Assembly (NCBI GenBank): GCA_026004615.1
Contig: BPJM01000001.1
Location: forward strand, 443,482 to 507,481
Source of the DNA: Planctomycetota bacterium
GTDB lineage: Bacteria > Planctomycetota > J058 > J103
Direction: 5' to 3'
DNA length: 64,000 nt
The translations under genes and the position numbers were made by a program. The notes below the pieces were generated by a model. It ran no database searches and had not been told where the DNA came from. It saw only the letters and a program-made list of their open reading frames with translations. The stretch's first letter is position 1; the number at the start of each line of letters is the position of its first letter. Below are positions 10,110 to 18,062 of this stretch, piece by piece.

Positions 10110-11060
10110 CTACGGTCTCTTCATGCGTGCGAACAGCTCGGCCGCGGATTTCTTCAGCCGGCCGAGGTTCGCGTATGCGACCGGCTCGAACCCCCTCTGG
10201 CACGAATACATGCGGTAGCGGATGCCGTCGGTCACGACCACGTCCCGGGGCGTACCGAGCGCTTCGAGGTACCCCTTCGCCTGCTCCAGCGCTCCTTCCA
10301 CGCCCGCTCCCAGGCGCTTCGCCTCGATCACCAGCTGGCAGTTCTCCGGCGTCCGTGGCAGGGCCCGGAACACGGCCACGTCGATGTACCGCCACTTGAC
10401 GGCGATGCGTTCCGGCGGCCAGCCCAGCGCCCGCAGGAACGGAACCACGAAGTGCGCGACCATCTCGTCCTCGCTCGGGTGCTCGCCGAACGCCTGCCGA
10501 TCCCCCACGCGCAGGACGAGGTCGTTCGCTTCCGCAACGAGGCCTCGGAGTGCGGCGGGCACGTCCTCGAGGGGCGGTTGCTCCGGCGGTAGATGCGGCA
10601 AGGCGGCCGTCTGCCAGTGCGTGGGAGGCGAATGCAGGAAGCGGTGGGTATAGTCGAGAACCTCTTCGCTCCAGACGCGCGACAGCCGCCCAGGATTGGC
10701 ACCGAAGACCGGCTTGCCGAACTCATGGGGTTCCGGCAACGGCTGCCAGCGCACGCGGCGCGCGTGCTGGAGGTCCCAGCCGTTCACGTCGTCGAACTGG
10801 TTCAGGTAGAGGTAGTCGCTGGCGACGATCCCGACCGCGCAGATCCTCGAGATCCCGGTCCGTAGCAGGAAGACGTCACCGACCTGGACCTCGCTGGCGA
10901 AGCGGCGGACGAAGCCGCCTTCGAACTCCTGGTCGTCCCGCTCCGCGTTCCAAGGGCCCGCGTCCCCCGGGCCGATCAGGCCGACACCGTACTTCAGGAA
11001 GACGCCGTCATAGGAGCGCACAGCCGGCCCGCCCGAGATCTGCCAAGTTGCGCGCGTCAC
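10110..11060 (-). CDS. Two-domain protein, 316 aa: N-terminal beta-rich putative sensor domain + C-terminal HsdR_N-like PD-(D/E)xK nuclease domain
   Basis: Part of ORF 10110..11270. The likely start is GTG at 11060, overlapping the upstream TGA (GTGA at 11057-11060). The C-terminus reads MVAHFVVPFLRALGWPPERIAVKWRYIDVAVFRAL...CQLVIEAKRLGAGVEGALEQAKGY, resembling the type I HsdR N-terminal nuclease domain (D...E-A-K). The N-terminus (WQISGGP...GVGLIGPGDAGPW...VGDVFLLRTGISRICAVGIV) resembles the small sensor modules fused to McrB/type IV enzymes. The N-domain assignment is tentative. Confidence 0.55.
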   Translation of the reverse strand: MTRATWQISGGPAVRSYDGVFLKYGVGLIGPGDAGPWNAERDDQEFEGGFVRRFASEVQVGDVFLLRTGISRICAVGIVASDYLYLNQFDDVNGWDLQHARRVRWQPLPEPHEFGKPVFGANPGRLSRVWSEEVLDYTHRFLHSPPTHWQTAALPHLPPEQPPLEDVPAALRGLVAEANDLVLRVGDRQAFGEHPSEDEMVAHFVVPFLRALGWPPERIAVKWRYIDVAVFRALPRTPENCQLVIEAKRLGAGVEGALEQAKGYLEALGTPRDVVVTDGIRYRMYSCQRGFEPVAYANLGRLKKSAAELFARMKRP

Positions 11061-11680
11061 TGTGTCGTCCGTCTTTGCGCGCCGAGTTGGCGCAGATGCG
11101 CGCGCAGGTCGTCGAGAAACGCCTTGAGCGATGTATCCTGCTTGCCTGCGCGGAACCAGTCCATCTTTTCGACGAGGTCGCGGGCGAACTCGATCCCGCC
11201 GAGGGTGAACGGGTGGCCAGCCATCCGCACAGCACTGGCGAGTAACTGCTTGTAGTGACCCCTTGTGCACTTCTTTTCACCGACCACGGGGCGGTGACCG
11301 ACCACATCGTTGAATGAATCCGGATCTGCGAGGTACCAGCGTTCCACGTGGGGATCCGGGCAGGCGGCAACCACTCTTCCCTGAAGTTCCTGCGTGGTCG
11401 CACTCGCGATCTCTTTTTTCTTGTCTGCGAACGTCGTACAGTTGCCGTCTATGGCTACGACCACGAGCTCCGGCGGCGCCTCCCCGAAGGCACCCCTCTG
11501 TATCAGCTTCTGGTACGTCCCGAACTCCGCGATGGCCCGGCCGTGTCCGCCTCGCGCGGAGCGAACGCGGAGTTTGACCTTCACCTGCTCCTCCTTCGCG
11601 ACCCGCTCCACAAGCGGCACCAAAAACTCTTCGTGCGCACGATCTTCCACAAACAGATCGATGAGGAGAACGTCACTCAT
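11057..11680 (-). CDS. DUF4276/TOPRIM-like small protein, 207 aa, partner of the upstream ATPase
   Basis: ORF 11057..11680: MSDVLLIDLFVEDRAHEEFLVPLVERV...PELVVVAIDGNC... It has an N-terminal acidic E motif plus a later D-x-N/D motif, as in OLD/TOPRIM-like DUF4276 proteins. The start overlaps the ATPase stop by 8 nt. The family call is from memory. Confidence 0.6.
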   Translation of the reverse strand: MSDVLLIDLFVEDRAHEEFLVPLVERVAKEEQVKVKLRVRSARGGHGRAIAEFGTYQKLIQRGAFGEAPPELVVVAIDGNCTTFADKKKEIASATTQELQGRVVAACPDPHVERWYLADPDSFNDVVGHRPVVGEKKCTRGHYKQLLASAVRMAGHPFTLGGIEFARDLVEKMDWFRAGKQDTSLKAFLDDLRAHLRQLGAQRRTTQ

Positions 11681-12908
11681 CCAGCAGCCCCCTCATGAGC
11701 ATGCTCTCGAAGAGGCCGTCCTCGGTGCCCGCCGTGAGGGCGGCGGCGATCTCCTGGTCCTCGACCACCGCACCGGTGACAGCGAACGGTTTGACGATCG
11801 TCTCCCCGCCCGCGCGGTGGACATTGAAGAGCCCGATATCCGCCGGCCTGGAACGGGCGTGCTTGAGCACCGCATCGCAAAAGAGCGGCGAGTGCGTCGT
11901 GACAACGACCTGGCGGTTCTGCTCCAGGGCCAGCGAGAGCAGAAGCTGGGCGATCAACTCGAGTCTGCGCGGGTGGACGCCGTTCTCGGGCTCCTCGAAG
12001 CCGACGAGGGAGCCGCCCCACGGGTTGACGGCGATGGCGCAGAGCGCCAAAACACGGAGCGTTCCCTCCGAAACGATGCGCGTGGAGTAGTCGACGCCGG
12101 CCTGCCGGATGAGGACATCGAGCGTGCCGCGCCGCTTGTCCAGATCGACGGCCAGCTCCTCCACGCTCGGGACGATCGATCGCAGGGTGCGAAACACCGC
12201 AGCAAAGCGCTTCGGCTGCTCGGCCCGAAGCCGATAGAGGAACGGCGCGATGTTCTCGCCGAGCACGCCGATATCGCGCACGTCGGATGGAGGCCGCTCC
12301 GCGCGCATCGCCACGCGTGGATCGAGGTAGTAGATACGCCACGCCGTCAGCTCCTGGCGCACGCGCTCCAACGCGCGGTACTCCACACCCCCGAAGCGGC
12401 TGTCCGACAGGACCGTGTGGTTCAGTCCTAAGGGCTCAGTACGGGGGTGTGCCGGCTTGCTTTTCCGGCGGATTCGCAATTCCCCATCGACCTGTTCGAT
12501 TTGGGGTCTGCCCTTCGGTTCGCCTTTCGCCCCAAGTTGGGCCAGGTACTCATCGGCCACCGTCAGTCTTCCCGATGCGGGTTCGATTCGAACGGCAAGC
12601 CGGTACCGGTACGAATCCCTCCCGTCATCGACATCTGCGCTCAGCTCGAAGCGAGCGTCGGAACAAGCCAGAAGTGCCGGAAGCCCCTGGGGAGGGAAGG
12701 AGAACGCCTCGATCTGCCGGCCACGAATCGGGTCGCTCAGCGCGTCCGCGAGCGTGCGCTCCGTGCCGAGCCGCGACAGGGCCAGGATCGCATCGAGGAG
12801 ATTGCTCTTCCCAGCGGCGTTGGGTCCGAAAAGCACCGCAAAGCGAGGGAGGTCCACGCTCAGGTTGGCCAGGGACTTGAAGCCCTTGACGGTCAGCTTC
12901 TTCAGCAT
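11673..12908 (-). CDS. ABC/SMC-fold ATPase (AAA_15/AAA_21 class), 411 aa
   Basis: Internal ATG at 12908 within ORF 11673..14321: MLKKLTVKGFKSLANLSVDLPRFAVLFGPNAAGKSNLLDA (Walker A), LVGFEEPENGVHP (Walker B/D-loop), VVVTTHSP (H-loop). GAGGAGG lies 4-10 nt upstream. Everything 5' of 12908 in that ORF is out-of-frame methyltransferase sequence. Confidence 0.85.
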   Translation of the reverse strand: MLKKLTVKGFKSLANLSVDLPRFAVLFGPNAAGKSNLLDAILALSRLGTERTLADALSDPIRGRQIEAFSFPPQGLPALLACSDARFELSADVDDGRDSYRYRLAVRIEPASGRLTVADEYLAQLGAKGEPKGRPQIEQVDGELRIRRKSKPAHPRTEPLGLNHTVLSDSRFGGVEYRALERVRQELTAWRIYYLDPRVAMRAERPPSDVRDIGVLGENIAPFLYRLRAEQPKRFAAVFRTLRSIVPSVEELAVDLDKRRGTLDVLIRQAGVDYSTRIVSEGTLRVLALCAIAVNPWGGSLVGFEEPENGVHPRRLELIAQLLLSLALEQNRQVVVTTHSPLFCDAVLKHARSRPADIGLFNVHRAGGETIVKPFAVTGAVVEDQEIAAALTAGTEDGLFESMLMRGLLDE

Positions 12909-12918
12909 CGAGACCTCC

Positions 12919-15900
12919 TCATCGTGGCACCGCCAGGAGCATCGCGTCGAGCAGGCGCTTCTCCTCGCTGCCCTTCGGGTAGAGGGCGGAAAGCGCGTTG
13001 GCCAGCCGCAGGAAGTCCGGCCCGCGCTCTGCTCGGCCTCGAGGAGCGCGCGCAGGGCATTCGCCTGCCCGCTGGCCTGCAGCAGCATGGCCGCGTGCAC
13101 GCGGTCGAGCGTCGTGCCGCCTCGCCGCAGTGGCCTCGCGGTCTTTTCAGTTCCACCTCCGAGGCGTCGATGAGCCCCTTGCGCCGCCGGCCCCGCGCCG
13201 CGGCCCTTCGGGGGCGCGTTCCGCTCCATCTCCGGGAAGAGCACCTGCTGGAGGTTCTTCTTCGGGTCCTCGGCGATCCAGTCCGCGCCGCCTCCGCGCC
13301 CTCGCCGCCGAAGAGTCTGCCTGGCGCGCTCGCGGACCGCCATCAGAGCGGACCACGCCCTTTTTCGTCTCGATGATGCGGCCTTCCCATCTGGGAAGGT
13401 CGATTCCCAGCGGCTGGGCGAAGCGGCGGACGACGTCGAAGACCAGAGTGTAGCCCCTGCCCTCGCTTTCGCCGAGCGGCTTCTCTTCGTCCTCGCTCCT
13501 CTTCGTCCTCGTCGGCTCGCCTCGCCGGCGTTCCTGCTCCGTGCCGCTGGCCGGTGGTCCTGCAGGGTCCAGAGGAACAGCGCGGTGAGCCGCGCGTCCT
13601 CCTCCAACGCCCCGGCCGCGCCGTTGCGGGCCTGCGCCTCGGCCGTGCCGAGCACCTGTTCCAGCGCTGTTCGGCCGACGACCTCCCAGACCTTCTCCAG
13701 GTACTCGGCCAGTGTGACCTCGCGCCCCTCGGCGGTCTCGACCTTGCGGTAGCGGCTGAAGATTTCGAGCGCCGGGCCGATGCAGGCGAAGACGAGGTCC
13801 GCGCCGCGGATGCCTTCGGCCTGCAGGCGCTCCATCCAGTCGCCGACGCGCCGGGGCAGTTCGCGCAGGACCTCCGCCCAGTCGCCCACCGGGGCATCTC
13901 GGGCCGCGGGCGGCAGACGAGGTGAACGCTGGTGGCGAGGGCGGCGGATTCGCGGGACCGCAAGCGGCCCGGTCGTTCCGTAGCGATCGGCCAGGAGCCG
14001 GTGATTGTCCAGCCGCCGCGGATCAGCCCGGAAAGGAGCGCCTCCCAGCCCTCCGTCGTCTTGTGGGCGAAGACGACGAGCCCACGCCGTCCTCCGCGCA
14101 GGACGCGGCGCCCTTCGGCGAAGGCCTTCGCCATTGTCTCCTCGAACCACGCCCGGTCCTTGGTGCGCCCGTCGTCCTTCTTGGTCTCGTCCTGTACGGC
14201 CTCGCGCTTCTTCGGCGTCGAGCGGGTTCTCCGGATCGAACGGGTCGCGCAGGAGCGGATGCTCCGGCAGCGCGCGCTTGAGCCAGACGAGGAAGAAGTC
14301 CGAGAGGTCGGCGTAGGGCACCGCGTCGTAGTAGGGCGGGTCGGTGAACCAGACGTGCGCCGTCTCGTCGGGGAGCGGGTGCTCGGTGGCGTCGGCGGGC
14401 TGGACCTGGCCGGAGCGCGACCGGGCCAGGCTTCACGACGCTCGCAGCCCAATCGACTGCACCTTCTAGCGTTCCGACGGAATCCGCCCAGAGTCAGCTT
14501 CGCGAAATCCCAGACGATTGGCAGCGCTTGCCGGCCAAAGTGTGCGCTCGAACTCGCCGCTCTGGCTCCACGAACACCGAGCTACCGTAGTCGCGCACTG
14601 CCGATCACGCAAGGCCATCGCCGCCCGCACGCGCCGTCGTCCGCTCCGGCCGCTCCCGCACCAGCCGCGCCAGCGTCACCAGCGCCACCTTCTGCCGCGC
14701 GGTGAAGAGGTCGCCCCACTGGAGCATGCCGTAGCGCTGCACGCGGAACGCCGCAGCGTCCGACCGCCGCCGCGGCAGTGGCTCATCCGGCACGGGACAC
14801 GGCCCCCGCTTGCCGCCGCGCTCCCACTCCTCGAGCATCTTCGCGAGCCGCGCCTGCGCCTTGCGGACCGCCTCGTAGTCGCGCTCGGTCGGCAGCCGGT
14901 AGTGCCGCCCCGCTCGCCGGGCCTGAGCGTCACCACCGCCAGCAGCCGCGCCCCGCCCGTGCGCCGCCCCCTCGTCGAAGACGACGTCCGCCCCGCCGCG
15001 CTGGGCCGCAAGCTGCGCGCGCACGCGCTCGGGCGGAAGCACAGCGCCGCAGCCAGGCACGTCGCCTTGGCGCGCGCTCACCGTGCCGCGGGAACCTCCG
15101 TCTCGCTCTTCGGCTCGAAGATCTCGAACGCAACCTCCGGCGGCTTTCCGCCGGGCGCTCCACGCGGTAGCGGAGCGCGCGCCTGCGGTTCGCCTTCTTG
15201 CACAGCCAGAACGAGCGCACGAGCGGAATCTCCGCGCCGCAGTTCGGCGACTCGCAGCGCACCGTCCGCGCCCAGAGGTAGGCGATGGGTGTCGCGCCGT
15301 CCGGGTCCTTCGGGTAGAGGTCGGCGAGCTCCTTCTCGGCCTGCTTTCTTGATCTCCGCCCCCACCCGGCGCAGCTCCTCGGCCAGCTCCGGCCCGTGGC
15401 GCGGGATGTCCTCGAGCATGACCTTGAGGATCAGGCAGGCGACCGGGTTGAGGTCGCTCGCGAACGCCTCGCAGCCCACCCGCAGCGCCTCCAGCGGGAT
15501 CGAGCCGCCCCCCGCGAAGGGGTCCACCACCAGCGGCGGCTCCTCCGGGTACGCCGCCTTCGACGAGCGCCCGGGCCACTTCGAGGTAGGTGCGGTTGGC
15601 CGCCAGATCCCAGTTCGCGAAAGTCCGCGATGAAGCGGAGCAGCGCCCGCCGCAGTCCTCGTCCGTCTGCCCGGGTGGCAGCCGCCCACCTGTCCGGCAG
15701 CAGCCGCCGCGCCTCCTCCTTGAATCGCCGCGGGCACAGCGGATCGCACGGATCCGGCCACAGAAGCGCCAGAGCACCGCCCGGCACGACGCCAGCGGCC
15801 GCCGCGCCCACCAGAGGTGCAGCGTCGACGGATGCCCGTGCCGGATCGACTTCTCCCGCGCCGCGTGCTTCGACACCTCGGCAATCGGAAAGTCCACCTC

Positions 15901-15930
15901 GGCCAGGCGCTTGCAGTTTTTGGCAATCAT
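12919..15930 (-). pseudogene. DUF1156 (COG1743) Zn-ribbon DNA methyltransferase, full length (~1004 codons) but readable only across many (I estimate 8 or more) frame changes
   Basis: Start [52 protein letters not shown] (ORF 14605..15930). Further blocks follow in different frames. They are [23 protein letters not shown] (ORF 15431..16012), [43 protein letters not shown], which is the SAM motif (ORF 15078..15926), and [22 protein letters not shown], the Zn ribbon (ORF 14930..15262). Next come VVFAHKTTEGWEALLSGLIRGGWTITGSWPIATE (ORF 13343..14452) and then blocks in ORF 11673..14321. The true end GPDFLRLANALSALYPKGSEEKRLLDAMLLAVPR-TGA is at 12919. Confidence 0.85.
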
Positions 15931-17123
15931 GCGCCTTCCCCTGCTGACGCATCACCCTCGGCCGGCGAGGCTTTATCCTCACGCGGTAACATTTCCTTCT
16001 CTCCCACTGCATTCCGGACTCGCTGAAGGCACAGTTTTGATCTACAATCGCTGCAGATCCGGCTCCAATGCGAGTCCAGGCTGTTGCGCCGCTCCGAAGG
16101 TGGCCTCAAGAAATTAACTGTGTTCGCAAACTTCTCGAAGGCGTCAATCTGGACATTGTCGTCATCCGTAAACTCGTAACGTCCCGCCTTTTTCAAAAGG
16201 CACTTGACGACAAGAGGGAATGCAATGCTGGCCAATGCCAAATGCTCAAGTGGGTTCCACACCATGGGCTGCGCCGTATTCAGCTTCCCATGTGCGAAAT
16301 CCCCCCGAATTCGATAAAACTCGCGCATCCATTCGTAACGGAGGAACTGCTTAGTATCCTGCCACCTTTGCGATCGCCGGGTTGCGTCACGAGCTAACAA
16401 AGGTTCGGTGGGGACCACTACCGCGGCGAATTTCGCGGCTACATCCTTTGCGTCGGGTTTCGCGCCCAGGATGTGCTCAAACGCGCTGCACAGCAGAACC
16501 CACTCCACCTGGTAACGAACGTTTTCGCTATCCGTGTTCGCCTGATTGAAGCATGTGATCGCGTTCTGCCACTTGGCCCAGGAGTTGTTGCTGGTCGCTC
16601 CTCGATGAGATATGAGTGCCTTCAGGAGGGTCTCGTCCAGCCTGACTTCCGGTATCCCATGGCAATGAACGGGAACGGTGATGGCGATGTGATCAATCGG
16701 CCATGTGCTTAACGTTTCACCCTCTCGACGACGAGTTGTGATGGCTGTGAAGTCGGCCCTGTCGAATTTCTGGATGTAGAGCGAGAAGCAGTCGCTATTG
16801 CAATAGGGACCGAGCTCATTGAAGTATTCGCGCCTGGCCAGCCCACAGAAACAAGCTATGGCCACGAGTTCACGGATTGTTTCCCGCTCCTCCTCGTTCA
16901 GATCGTCTATCACTGATTTACCGGCGTAGCGGGCGATGGCGGCACGGTCTACCGGTTTGGCCTGGATAGTCTTATAGGTTGCCAGAATCGTGTTGACGCG
17001 ACATTGTGCGGCCCCGTCGAGACCTTCGATGGGTTGGTGACGCTTAAAAGGCAGGATCTGTAGCTGGCCTACGTCGTAGGCCTTATCGATCCTGCACCAC
17101 GGCAAGAATGAAACCATCGACAT
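15927..17123 (-). CDS. HEPN-like (Rx4H) protein, 398 aa, possibly Apea-like HEPN; markedly lower GC than its surroundings
   Basis: ORF 15927..17123, uninterrupted. It contains [14 protein letters not shown] (an R-x4-H HEPN-type motif) in an alpha-helical-looking C-terminal half. A hand count of one 60-nt line gives ~52% GC, against ~70% or more for neighbours. Its TGA overlaps the DUF1156 ATG (ATGA at 15927-15930). Confidence 0.6.
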   Translation of the reverse strand: MSMVSFLPWCRIDKAYDVGQLQILPFKRHQPIEGLDGAAQCRVNTILATYKTIQAKPVDRAAIARYAGKSVIDDLNEEERETIRELVAIACFCGLARREYFNELGPYCNSDCFSLYIQKFDRADFTAITTRRREGETLSTWPIDHIAITVPVHCHGIPEVRLDETLLKALISHRGATSNNSWAKWQNAITCFNQANTDSENVRYQVEWVLLCSAFEHILGAKPDAKDVAAKFAAVVVPTEPLLARDATRRSQRWQDTKQFLRYEWMREFYRIRGDFAHGKLNTAQPMVWNPLEHLALASIAFPLVVKCLLKKAGRYEFTDDDNVQIDAFEKFANTVNFLRPPSERRNSLDSHWSRICSDCRSKLCLQRVRNAVGEKEMLPREDKASPAEGDASAGEGA

Positions 17124-17126
17124 TGG

Positions 17127-17410
17127 CTACTTCGCCCTCTCCCAATCACCGCGAGTTCCGTACGTCGCACTCTCCTCACGAACCCCCATTGGTTTCGTCA
17201 GAGCATCCACCGACAGGCAGTAGTGGGCTACCTTCGTGACCTCGCGCCAGTCGAAGCGCGCAGGGTCCTTGATCGGTTCCTGGAGCTGCGCCTTGGTGGC
17301 GCCTGCCTGCGCCGCGCCCCGGGACGCGGCAGGGAGGCCGTTGGTGACCAACGCAGAGCGAGTAGCAGTCGTGTCGGTCTTGGGCCGCGCGGCGGTCCTT
17401 CGGGTGGGAC
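17127..17410 (-). pseudogene. Orphan duplicate of the helicase 3' end (DUF3883 tail), with indel/frameshift
   Basis: ORF 17127..17351 reads ...QLQEPIKDPARFDWREVTKVAHYCLSVDALTKPMGVREE, against the helicase end ...QLQEPIKDPARLEWHEVTKVAHYYLSVDAMTRPMQVREE. DNA similarity extends to about 17410 (PKDRRAAQDRHDCYSLCVG vs PNERRVAEDRRDCYWLYIV in another frame). Confidence 0.8.
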
Positions 17411-17419
17411 CGCATTGTC

Positions 17420-17568
17420 GGGCGCGATGTGAGGCGCTGCTTGGCCAACCGAGGTGCAGCGTCGAGGGATGTCCGTGCCGGATGCTTTTTTTCCCGCGGC
17501 GCGTCCCGCGAGACTTCCGCGATGGGGAAGTCCAATTCAGCGAGGCGTTTGGGGGATTTGGGGATCAT
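17420..17568 (-). pseudogene. Orphan DUF1156 5' fragment (~50 codons, frameshifted), fused directly to the helicase 3' fragment
   Basis: ATG at 17568: [28 protein letters not shown], then after a frame change [15 protein letters not shown]. This is homologous to the first ~50 codons of the DUF1156 gene at 15930. The ATG overlaps the HNH gene TGA (ATGA at 17565-17568). Confidence 0.8.
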
Positions 17569-18059
17569 CGCTGCGCCCCTTCCCAAATCTCGCGGATGTC
17601 GGTGCACCGTCGCTTCAGCGTGAAAGCAACGGTGTGTCGTTCGTACGCCATCTTGAGAAAGAGACCGGCGGGGATCCGGGGCAGGTCGTCCTTGTTCCGT
17701 CCCAGCTCGTCGCACCACCAGGTGACAAGATCCTTGTCGTCTTTCGACCGCGCGCACTCGTCGCAGGCGTGGACGAGGTTCTGCATGCCGACAGGCCCGC
17801 CCAACCGGCGGGGCACCACCTCCACCGGCACCGTCGTCCCCTGACTTCCGCAAAACACGCATAAGCCCGGCTGCTGAGCCAGCTTTTGAATCTCTCGATC
17901 ATACTCCGACATGCGGATCTCCCCGCTCTTCAACCGCTTGTATTGGTCGATGATGAAGCGGTAGTTGGCCTTCTGCCCGGCAGACACGGCGATCACCAGC
18001 TTGGCGTAGTAGTAGAGAATGAAGTCGCCAACGGTTCTGGGAACGGCTGGGGACGGCAT
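17565..18059 (-). CDS. HNH-like (beta-beta-alpha-Me, Cys4 zinc) protein, 164 aa, with non-canonical catalytic positions
   Basis: ORF 17565..18059: CVFCGSQGTTVPVEVVPRRLGGPVGMQNLVHACDECARSKDDKDL matches the CxxC...DHxxP..GG...NL...CxxCNxxK HNH layout. It has EV in place of DH and A in place of the N after the second CxxC. The start is 3 nt after the RadA-like stop. Confidence 0.7.
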   Translation of the reverse strand: MPSPAVPRTVGDFILYYYAKLVIAVSAGQKANYRFIIDQYKRLKSGEIRMSEYDREIQKLAQQPGLCVFCGSQGTTVPVEVVPRRLGGPVGMQNLVHACDECARSKDDKDLVTWWCDELGRNKDDLPRIPAGLFLKMAYERHTVAFTLKRRCTDIREIWEGAQR

Positions 18060-18062
18060 GGC

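Noticed and set aside
11673-14321. ORF 11673..14321 (-, 882 aa) as one fusion protein
   Set aside because: The real ATPase starts at the internal ATG 12908, with a Shine-Dalgarno sequence upstream. The upstream part is one of several frames of the broken DUF1156 gene, whose own stop is at 12919 in another frame.
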